A stretch of 64,000 nucleotides of DNA from positions 62,001 to 126,000 of the forward strand of contig NIVC01002850.1 in NCBI GenBank assembly GCA_002269645.1, read 5' to 3'. The notes below the pieces were generated by a model that saw only the letters and a program-made list of their open reading frames with translations, was not told the DNA's origin and did no database searches. The first letter of the stretch is position 1. Each line of letters opens with the position of its first letter. The translations under genes and the position numbers were made by a program. Source of the DNA: Macrostomum lignano. Its lineage: Eukaryota. Below are positions 47,476 to 57,425 of the stretch, piece after piece.

Positions 47476-50400
47476 TCAGGGGGACCCGTCGGTCTCGCCT
47501 GCAGCGCGGTCCTCCTCACCGACGGTGGGGAAGAAATCAGCTCGTCCGGTGTCCCTGAGGTACCGGGCGAGCAGTGGGATGCTCTCGGGCCTGCAAACGT
47601 CGGAGAGAACCGGGTTTGGCCCGAGGTGAGTAAGCCTGGCCCTGGTGAAAACCGGGCAGTGGCAGATAAAATGCTCGGCGTTTTCACTGCCTGAGCGGCA
47701 GAAGGGGCACCGCTCCTCGGGTACTTGGCCCTGAAGGAAGCGGTGGCGAGAGAAGCAGCCATGCCCGGAGAGGGCCATGCTAACTGCTCTGAGGTCTCTG
47801 CGGTTGAGCCTGAGGAGGGCTCTACGCAGGAGAGGAGAGGGACAGGGGACGGCAGCACGGGATTGCCTACAATTCCGGGTGTCGTGCCACCTGCGGAGAT
47901 GCTCGGAGTCAGCCCAGCGCTTAACGCGGGAATTGATCACCGAGGCGGGGATGGGGGCACCCGGGCCCGGCCCCAATAGCGCGCCGGCGGAGCCAGCCTT
48001 GGCCAGCAGGTCAGCGCGCTCGTTGCCGAGGAAGCCGGCGTGGCCCGGGATCCATCTGAGCTCCACCTGGTTGCCTAGCGCAAGCCCGTTGAGCTGGGTG
48101 TTGCAGTCCAGGACGGACCTGGAGCTGGCGGTGCTGCGGCAGAGGGCCCGAAGGGCTGCTTGGCTGTCAGAGTGAAAAATAAATTTCCGGCCGCTAAGCT
48201 GCCTTCGGCGCAGCTCTGCCGCGCAGGAGCTGATGGCAAGCACCTCGCTCTGAAAAACACTGGAGTTGAGCCCAGTGTGCTGGGAGTAGCTCCACACCAC
48301 TTCTCCCTTGAAGAAGACGCAAGCTCCGAAGCCTGAAAGACCATGCCTCATAGAGCCGTCAGTGTAACAGTGGACTTCAGAGTCGCTCCAGCTGTCACTC
48401 GCCTCGTGTCGAGGCTGAATGGTGACCTTATACCTTTGGCTCAGGAGAAGGGTGGCTGGGATCGAGTCCGTGAGGATGTTGAGCCCGCCACACTCCTCGA
48501 GAGCCTTGAGGCAGAGGTCAGAGTGCGGGATAAGCGACCGCTTCTTAAAGGCCCGCACTTTCTTGAAGGCCACCCCAGCATCCAGAAGACGCCGGGTGCT
48601 CTTCGCCGCCTCTCCTTTGATATAAATATCCAAAGGAGGGGCGCAGAGGAAGGCATTCATGCCTTCAAAAGGAGTAGAGGGTGGAGCGCCCATAGTCATG
48701 CGGCAGGCTCTGCCCTGGATTTTGTAGAGAGCGTCGAGGTTGCTCTTGACGCTCAGGCCGCTAGCCCACACGAGGCTGGCGTAACTGATCGAGGGGCGGA
48801 TGATGGCAGTGTAAATCCACCACAGCTTCCTGGGGGTGAGCCCCCAGGTGGTGCCCACGGCGCGCCTGATCTGAGCCAGTACAGCCAGGGCTTTTTTGGC
48901 TTTAGTTTGAATGTGCGGAGTCCAGTTAAGCCTGTGGTCCAGAGTGAGGCCCAGGCAGCGGACCTGCTTCTCCATGGAAATATTCTTTCCATAGAGGGTG
49001 AGGGGCTTAATGGTCCAGAGCAGTTTGTTGGTAAACATGACTGCTGTGGTTTTCGACTCTGAGAGTCTAAGGCCACATTGGTCTGCCCAACGCTCCGCTC
49101 GTCCCAGAAAGCCCTGCAGAAGGTCTCTGATGGTATCAACCGAGGGGCCCGCGCATATCGCGGTCACATCATCGGCATAGCCCACCTTGAGAATGGGGTC
49201 GTGGAGATCACTGCAAAGCAACTCATCCATGACCATGTTCCAGAGAACGGGGGTGAGAACGCCGCCCTGGGGGCCCCCTTTCAGGACAGGCACCGAAAGA
49301 GAGCTGCCGCTCAGGTGGGCCACAACAGTGCGGTTTCGGATCATGAACATGATCCACCGGACAAGGTGAGGGTGCGTGGCCCTGGATTCCAGGGCTCTGC
49401 AAAAGGCCTCGAAGATGACGTTGTCGAAGGCCCCCTCAATGTCCAGGAAAAGCGAGAGGGCAAAGCCGCTGCCAAGAACGGCCCTCTCCAGGAAGTCAAC
49501 AATGACATGGAGAGCACTCTCGGTTGACCTGCCCGCGCGGAAGGCGTGCTGGTTCTGCGAGAGTGGGAAGCGCTTCAGCTCGACCGAAAGTAGGCGCCAA
49601 AGCACCAGTCTCTCGAGGAGCTTGAGGCAGAAAGAAGTGAGGCTGATAGGCCTGAAGGCCTTCACCGATTGGTAGTCGCTCTTTCCAGGCTTGGGGATAA
49701 AGACCACCCGGGCCTCTCTCCATGCAACTGGTACATAGCCCAGCTCCATACAAGCTCGAAGGAGACGACAGAGCAGGTCCAGGAAGCGGTGGTTTTTCAC
49801 CGCCTCGTGCAAGAACGCTGGGTAGATGCCGTCGGGCCCAGGCGCCTTGAACGGGTTAAAGGACCTTGCCGCTCTAATAATGCGGTCTTTGGTGATCATA
49901 GACTTTGCTAGGCCTTGCCCTCCCACTGTGTGGTCGGGCGGGCCCTGCTGAGTCGGAGATTTAGGGAAAAAAACTGTTGAGCATGAGCTCTAGAGTCTCT
50001 TCCGAACTCTCTGTGACCGAGCCGTCAGGTCTCTTCACAACAGAGAGTTTAGAAAAACGGTCATTAGTGAGTGCCTTAACCACGCGGGCTACGGGGCGAG
50101 AGCCCTCAAGCCCTTCGCAATATTGGCGCCACTTGGCCGTCTTGGCCCTTCTGACTTGGCCCTTAAACTCGTGGATCGCACGGGTATAGGCCTCTCTGTC
50201 AGATGGGTCTTTGGTTTTGAGCGCTCGCCTTTGGAGGGTCCTGGCTCGGCGCCGAAGGGCCCCGAGCTCTGGGTTCCACCAGGGAGCAGATTTCTTGCCT
50301 TTATAGGCCTTTAGGGGGCAGGCTGCTTCAAAGGCAGTGGTGATCGCCCCGCCCAGGGAGGAGGCGAGATCGTCCACCACCTGGCAGTCAGAGAGGTCAC

Positions 50401-51180
50401 TGGGGGGTCAAGATCCCGAAGGCCGCGGCTCAGCTTCGAGCCAAAGGCGGCCCAATCGGTGTTTCTGACGTTCCGACTCCAAGTGACCTTAGGCTTTTGC
50501 TTGGTCGGCCCAATGCAAAAGCGGATAAAGCGGTGGTCCGAGAGCGAGTCCTCGTCCCACACTCGCCAGCCCGTAACTGCGGAAAGCAGTCCGGGTGAGG
50601 CGATGGTGGTGTCGATGACTTCGGCCCACCGCCCATTATTGAACGTTGGTGCATTGCTCACGTTACAGAAGTTGAGGTTAGTGCTGCTGACATAGGCCAG
50701 CAGCTCCTCGCCTCTGCTATTGATGTTCTTGCTGCCCCAATGCAGGTGGTGTGCGTTCACATCCCCTGCAATGAGCAGCTCGAACCGATGGGACGCAGCA
50801 TAGTCAGTAAGGTTGACTAACGCGTCGCAGACAACTGGGGCATCGCCCGGGAAATAGGCAGAAGCTACCAGCACAGGTTTATTGGGAATGAGGTTATTGA
50901 TTTGAACAACACAGATGTCCCCAGTCGAGAGATCAGGTCTCATCCATGCCTCAAAAGCTTTTGCAGCAAAGACCAGAGATCTTGGGCGAGGCTGAGAGCC
51001 CGCCATGCAAAAACAGTGGTAGCCAGATGGCACATTATTTGGCTTACCTTTAGTCATCCAGGGCTCCTGTACGAAGACCAGGCCCGGAAGCTGTTGCTCT
51101 GCCGTGCGCATCAGGTTGACCGACGCCGCCACGCAGTGCTGGGTGTTGATCTGCAGACACCAGGTAGTCGTTGGCATCAT
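47476..51180 (-). CDS. LINE ORF2 (APE, RT, RNase H) with two compensating 1-nt frameshifts
   Basis: ORFs 50311-51180 and 47476-49926 share a frame; the linker 49961-50380 is shifted. The breaks map to homopolymers G6 (50402-50407) and A7 (49967-49973). Confidence 0.85.
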
Positions 51181-52697
51181 TGCAGATCGGATGTTGCAGC
51201 CGCCAGGAGTTCCTCCTCCTCCTCGGCGCTCACCGGCTTCGGGTCGGGGTCGCCGGTGTCCATGGGCTCTTCTTCAGCAAAAGGCCCCCGATTGGCCGGA
51301 AGGCAGTAGGCAGCGTTCGCCGCCCTTTGCCCACCATCCATGGGGTCCTCCGCCTCAGATTGGCCCAATGCCCTGGAGCAGCCAGCCGCCTGGGCAGGCG
51401 GGTCCGTCTCCAGTCGGCCCTGCCCCGAGGGGTTGGGCCCAGCTGGGACGTCCCCACCCTCCCTGGACGAACTGGTGCGCCTAGGCGTCCCGGCGACCTC
51501 TCGCCTCAGCTGGGAGATTTTGGCGGTACGGACTGCCTCAGCTGCACGCTGGTACAGGCCGCGCCGCTTGGTGCTACGCGCCGGGCGTCGGTCGCCTCCG
51601 CCCTCAGCAGCGCGCTCAGCTTTGCCCGCGCGGCCGTGCTGCCGGGCAGGGCGGTTTGCTTTGGCAGTCTGAGCAGAGGCTTGCGCCTCGGCCCCGGCCG
51701 CCTCCGCATCCCGCCCGCCCTGCTCACTGCCACGGGGAGGGTCGGCCTCGTAGGAGCGGATGCGCAGCTTCCAAAGGCCGACGTTGATGAAGCTGCCGTG
51801 TGGATAACGCCTCATCCAGGCGTCCGACAGCCCCAGGATGGCTGTGAAGCCAGTGCCGTCGGTGCGCTTAAGGGTGTCATGCACCACTAGGCCCGCGGCG
51901 GGAAGCTCCCGGTTGACTGCTAGCAGTCCTTTCCGGAGCTCGTCAGCAGAGGTAACAACGCTCCTGGCCGGGACCCAGATTCGATGCCTCTTGGTCCGGG
52001 GGCGCTCGTCCTCTCTGCAGAAGGCTAGGTTGAGGTCCCAGCTCTGCTCGGGCAGCAGCTCAAGGAGCCGCCGACCCGAGTCAGCATCACTGGGCCAAAT
52101 GAGAAGGCACGAGTCCCTCGTCGCATTCGAATGAATGTTCAGACGCGTGCCCTTCAGAGTTTGCTTCCACAGGAGGCCATCAACGGCACTTCTCACCTGC
52201 TTCAGCTGATCGGGAGACAGGCGCGCGTCCTTTCCCAGGATGACAACCGCCGGTTGCCTCTTTGCCGCATCAGCGTAGGAGGCCCGGGGGTCAGTGGAGC
52301 TTTCTTCAGGTGGGCTGTCCACCCTCCCGGCTGCATCGGCCTCCCTATCCTGGGCAGGGGCTTCCGTGGGCTCGAGGCCCTCTTCCGCCACCGCCCCAGA
52401 CTGGGGAGCTTCCGCTGCCGCGGGCCGTTGGCCCCTGGCACCGGTTTGGCTTCCGCCCTCCTTGGCCCGCCTCGCCTTGTTAAGTCGACGGCGGGCAGCT
52501 CCAGAGGTGGTGCTGCGTTTCTTAGCAGCTGGAGTAGCAGGTGTCTTCTCGGAGGCACCGCTCAGAGTTGGCTCCACGGGTCTCGCCGAGGCGTCCCCGA
52601 TGGTAGCAGGTGGTATGGCCGAGGAGTCCACGGCCCCAGCCGAGGCCGGAGGCACTGTGTCATCCACAGCCGGTTTGTTACTTCGGTTAGAAGCCAT
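51177..52697 (-). CDS. LINE ORF1 (nucleic-acid chaperone; DUF4780-like region)
   Basis: Open frame from MASNRSNK. The segment RIWVP...LLAVNRELP...LGLS...VGLWKLRIR resembles ORF1 of LOA-type elements (from memory, not searched). The stop overlaps the ORF2 ATG. Confidence 0.75.
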   Translation of the reverse strand: MASNRSNKPAVDDTVPPASAGAVDSSAIPPATIGDASARPVEPTLSGASEKTPATPAAKKRSTTSGAARRRLNKARRAKEGGSQTGARGQRPAAAEAPQSGAVAEEGLEPTEAPAQDREADAAGRVDSPPEESSTDPRASYADAAKRQPAVVILGKDARLSPDQLKQVRSAVDGLLWKQTLKGTRLNIHSNATRDSCLLIWPSDADSGRRLLELLPEQSWDLNLAFCREDERPRTKRHRIWVPARSVVTSADELRKGLLAVNRELPAAGLVVHDTLKRTDGTGFTAILGLSDAWMRRYPHGSFINVGLWKLRIRSYEADPPRGSEQGGRDAEAAGAEAQASAQTAKANRPARQHGRAGKAERAAEGGGDRRPARSTKRRGLYQRAAEAVRTAKISQLRREVAGTPRRTSSSREGGDVPAGPNPSGQGRLETDPPAQAAGCSRALGQSEAEDPMDGGQRAANAAYCLPANRGPFAEEEPMDTGDPDPKPVSAEEEEELLAAATSDLQ

Positions 52698-53191
52698 TGG
52701 CTGGAAGTAAAAAGGTGGGACTTCCTGCAGAACACAGGCAAAGAGCCGCAAGGCCGCAACCCCAAACCAAGCGGCAGGCCCCCAAAAAGCAAAATACCAC
52801 CCTGCGGGGGACCCAAAAGCGCAAGGGGAACCGTTAGCGACCAGACTACTCCCTGGCCAAGCGTCCATCAGCACGGAGTTACACTGGGACATTAGAGGGT
52901 GCGTTTATGGTCACACCAGGACCCGGCGCCAACGAATCAGCTCGGCAGGGCCCAAGGGGGCCTGCCTTAACACCCACGGGACGAGTACCCATCGAAGTGC
53001 GCCTTGCAAGGTGAAAATCAGGAGACAGAGTCTCTTGAGCTATCAGCCCGCCAGGGGAGGCAGGTGTGAGCATCGCTGGCTGGGATAAAGGCCATACCAG
53101 TCTCATACTGCACAGATAGTTCACCACGCCATTACGTGCAGGACCCGGGGTCCTGGGGGCAACAGCCCCGGCGCATTTATCTGCACCGTGG

Positions 53192-53797
53192 TGCAAATAA
53201 ATTAAGACTGCAAATAAATTAAGACTGCAAATAAATTAAGACTGCAAATAAATTAAGACTGCAAATAAATTAAGACTGCAAATAAATTAAGACTGCAAAT
53301 AAATTAAGACTGCAAATAAATTAAGACTGCAAATAAATTAAGACTGCAAATAAATTAAGACTGCAAATAAATTAAGACTGCAAATAAATTAAGACTGCAA
53401 ATAAATTAAGACTGCAAATAAATTAAGACTGCAAATAAATTAAGACTGCAAATAAATTAAGACTGCAAATAAATTAAGACTGCAAATAAATTAAGACTGC
53501 AAATAAATTAAGACTGCAAATAAATTAAGACTGCAAATAAATTAAGACTGCAAATAAATTAAGACTGCAAATAAATTAAGACTGCAAATAAATTAAGACT
53601 GCAAATAAATTAAGACTGCAAATAAATTAAGACTGCAAATAAATTAAGACTGCAAATAAATTAAGACTGCAAATAAATTAAGACTGCAAATAAATTAAGA
53701 CTGCAAATAAATTAAGACTGCAAATAAATTAAGACTGCAAATAAATTAAGACTGCAAATAAATTAAGACTGCAAATAAATTAAGACTGCAAATAAAT
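53192..53797. repeat. Homogeneous 17 bp satellite (gactgcaaataaattaa), about 36 copies
   Basis: Perfect tandem array abutting the displaced RTE 5' end. Confidence 0.97.
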
Positions 53798-53859
53798 AAG
53801 TATAAGTATATAAGTATATAAGTGTAAGTATATAAGTATATAAGTATATATATAGTTTA

Positions 53860-56800
53860 AATCCAAGACATCTATAATACCCTTCTATGATATGAAGAGC
53901 GGAGAGAGGTAAATAATTAATTGAGACTAGCTACAACTCCCCCGAGACTGTGCGATAATAGTGTGGAGATGAACAAAATGTGAAATTCTTCCATATTTTT
54001 TGTGGAATTTATCCACTCATGTCAAAATTAATTCGCGGCGCTTGGGCTCCGTATGGACCGTAGAGACCTTACTCATAGAGCACTCAGACCCTGCTCATAT
54101 AGGACCAAGACCCTACTCATAGAGGACTCGGACCCTGATCATAGAGAAAACAAGCCCTACTCAGACAAGATCGACTTAGTCCTTACTCAGCGAGAAATCT
54201 ATTTCAGAGATTAATGAGATGTTGCGAATGTAAGGAGTGATGCTGAGAAGGAGTGATGCTGAGAAGGAGTGATGCTGAGAAGGAGTGATACTGAGAGGGA
54301 GTGATACTGAGAATGATGCTGAGAGGGAGTGATGCTGAGAAGGATTGATGCTGAGAGGGAGTGATACTGAGAGGGAGTGATGTTGAGAAGGAGTGATGCT
54401 GAGAGGGAGTGATGCTGAGAGGGAGTGATGCTGAGAGGGAGTGATGCTGAGAGGGAATAAGTATGTATATATATATATATATATATATATAGTTTAAATC
54501 CAAGACATCTATAATACCCTTCTATGATATGAAGAGCGGAGAGAGGTAAATAATTAATTGAGACTACAACTCCCCCGAGACTGTGCGATAATAGTGTGGA
54601 GATGAACAAAATGTGAAATTCTTCCATATTTTTTGTGGAATTTATCCACTCATGTCAAAATTAATTCGCGGCGCTTGGGCTCCGTATGGACCGTAGAGAC
54701 CTTACTCATAGAGCACTCAGACCCTGCTCATATAGGACCAAGACCCTACTCATAGAGGACTCGGACCCTGATCATAGAGAAAACAAGCCCTACTCAGACA
54801 AGATCGACTTAGTCCTTACTCAGCGAGAAATCTATTTCAGAGATTAATGAGATGTTGCGAATGTAAGGAGTGATGCTGAGAAGGAGTGATGCTGAGAAGG
54901 AGTGATGCTGAGAAGGAGTGATACTGAGAGGGAGTGATGCTGAGAATGATGCTGAGAAGGAGTGATGCTGAGAAGGATTGATGCTGAGAGGGAGTGATAC
55001 TGAGAGGGAGTGGTACTGAGAGGGAGTGATGCTGAGAGGGAGTGATACTGAGAGGGAGTGGTACTGAGAGGGAATGATGCTGAGAGGGAATGATGCTGAG
55101 AATGATGTTGAGAAGGAGTGATGCTGAGAGGAAGTGATGCTGAGAAGGATTGATGCTGAGGGGGAGTGATGCTGAGAGGGAGTGATACTGAGAGGGAGTG
55201 GTACTGAGAGGGAGTGATGCTGAGAGGGAATGATGCTGAGAATGATGTTGAGAAGGAGTGATGCTGAGAGGAAGTGATGCTGAGAAGGAGTGATACTGAG
55301 AGGGAGTGATGCTGAGAGGGAGTGATGCTGAGAGGGAGTGATGCTGAGAGGGAGTGATGCTGAGAGGGAGTGATGCTGAGAGGGAGTGATGCTGAGAGGG
55401 AGTGATGCTGAGAGGGAGTGATGCTGAGAGGGAGTGATACTGAGAGGGAGTGATGCTGAGAGGGAGTGATGCTGAGAGGGAATGATGCTGAGAATGATGC
55501 TGAGAAGGAGTGATGCTGAGAGGGAGTGATGCTGAGAGGGAGTGATACTGAGAGGGAGTGATGCTGAGAGTGGTGATGCTGAGAGGGAGTGATACTGAGA
55601 GGGAGTGATGCTGAGAGGGAATGATGCTGAGAATGATGCTGAGAAGGAGTGATGCTGAGAGGGAGTGATGCTGAGAGGGAATGATGCTGAGAATGATGCT
55701 GAGAAGGATTGATGCTGAGAGGGAGTGATACTGAGAGGGAGTGGTACTGAGAGGGAGTGATGCTGAGAGGGAATGATGCTGAGAATGATGCTGAGAAGGA
55801 GTGATGCTGAGAGGGAGTGATGCTGAGAGGGAGTGATGCTGAGAATGATGCTGAGAAGGAGTGATGCTGAGAAGGATTGATGCTGAGAGGGAGTGATACT
55901 GAGAGGGAGTGGTACTGAGAGGGAGTGATGCTGAGAGGGAGTGATACTGAGAGGGAGTGATGCTGAGAGGGAGTGATGCTGAGAGGGAGTGATGCTGAGA
56001 GGGAGTGATGCTGAGAGGGAGTGATGCTGAGAGGGAGTGATGCTGAGAGGGAGTGATGCTGAGAGGGAGTGATGCTGAGAGGGAGTGATACTGAGAGGGA
56101 GTGATGCTGAGAGGGAGTGATGCTGAGAGGGAATGATGCTGAGAATGATGCTGAGAAGGAGTGATGCTGAGAGGGAGTGATGCTGAGAGGGAGTGATACT
56201 GAGAGGGAGTGATGCTGAGAGTGGTGATGCTGAGAGGGAATGATGCTGGGAGTGATGCTGAGAGGGAATGATGCTGAGAATGATGCTGAGAAGGAGTGAT
56301 GCTGAGAGGGAGTGATGCTGAGAGGGAATGATGCTGAGAATGATGCTGAGAAGGATTGATGCTGAGAGGGAGTGATACTGAGAGGGAGTGATGTTGAGAA
56401 GGAGTGATGCTGAGAGGGAATGATGCTGAGAATGATGTTGAGAAGGAGTGATGCTGAGAGGAAGTGATGCTGAGAAGGATTGATGCTGAGGGGGAGTGAT
56501 ACTGAGAGGGAGTGATGCTGAGAGGGAGTGATGCTGAGAGGGAATGATGCTGAGAATGATGCTGAGAGGGAGTGATGCTGAGAAGGAGTGATGCTGAGAG
56601 GGAATGATGCTGAGAATGATGCTGAGAAGGAGTGATGCTGAGAGGGAGTGATGCTGAGAAGGATTGATGCTGAGGGGGAGTGATACTGAGAGGGAGTGAT
56701 GCTGAGAGGGAGTGATGCTGAGAGGGAATGATGCTGAGAATGATGCTGAGAGGGAGTGATGCTGAGAAGGAGTGATGCTGAGAGGGAGTGATGCTGAGAA

Positions 56801-56912
56801 TGATGCTGAGAGGGAGTGATGCTGAGAGGGAGTGATGCTGAGAGGGAGTGATACTGAGAGGGAGTGATGCTGAGAGGGAGTGATGCTGAGAGGGAGTGAT
56901 GCTGAGAGGGAG
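53860..56912. repeat. 627-bp-period tandem duplication, each copy ending in a 16 bp minisatellite (gagtgatgctgagagg)
   Basis: The unique block starting agtttaaatcc occurs at 53864 and 54491. The minisatellite spans ~54228-54455 in copy 1 and ~54865-56912 in copy 2. Confidence 0.93.
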
Positions 56913-57425
56913 GTGTCAGTTGTGTGGAATATTAATGTCACTATAGGATTTCATTGCCAAGTGCATTTTACTGACTTGAACCCTTTGAGTGAGATTCTTG
57001 ACTGGATTTCCACCGACTGCATGGGATTTTCCTGTGTTGGCCCAGCGTAGCGAGGGGTCGCCTATTCAGCAACAAAAGCGCGCAATTCACCGTGCAGATT
57101 AATGATTGAATGTCCTGCTGCTCTCAAGTCTCAATGAAGAAGATATTGCGACTGTGCAGGTATTACCAGCTAAGAATTCTGGGTGGCTTTGTGTACTGAT
57201 GATTGATCTGCTCTGGCTATAGAAAATATGCTTTATTTGCAAGTGAATTTTCAGCTCTATGGGTCTTTTAAAGGGCCTGTATGAGCTCAATAATACTGAT
57301 TGGTCACTTTTTCAGTGTTGATTGTAAATAAATTCACCGTAATATACTCATATTTCAACTTACCGCATTCAAAAGTATATATTTGATCATTGACTTACTG
57401 ACCCCAAACACCTGCTTGCAGACAG

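Larger units (their letters stand above)
47361..53172 (-). mobile_element. Apparently full-length LOA/Lian-like non-LTR retrotransposon (ORF1; APE-RT-RNase H-zinc finger ORF2)
   Basis: Flanked by the 12-bp TSD GCATTTATCTGC (47349-47360 and 53173-53184); 3' tail (TAAGTCAAG)2. ORF1 51177-52697 (or 52868). ORF2 51180-47476 appears as three pieces: APE (QINTQH, QEPW, GDVNAH, SDH), RT (FRPISL, FLDIEGAFD, PQGGVL, YADD) and RNase H (YTDGS, SEVLAI, SDSQAAL, WIPGH, GNERAD). Confidence 0.93.

Noticed and set aside
44047-52895. Many plus-strand and alternate-frame ORFs over the two LINEs, and antisense ORFs over WASHC2 exons
   Set aside because: They are shadows of GC-rich coding sequence on the opposite strand and carry no recognisable motifs.
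52850-53085. Second HDV-like ribozyme at the 5' end of the LOA-like element (GCC-UCCCCU-GGC; UCACACC/GGUGUGA)
   Set aside because: P1 has only ~5 bp, there is no GG for P1.1 and no C-N-A J4/2 before P2. Not supportable by eye, though a descriptor search would settle it.
2367-56941. Long low-complexity ORFs in repeats (e.g. 4457-4867, 7307-8189, 13618-14178, 16157-17127, 17895-18639, 24668-25688, 29869-31014, 41512-41871, 54809-56941)
   Set aside because: They arise from stop-free repeat units, are open in several frames or strands, and have no domain or splice support.
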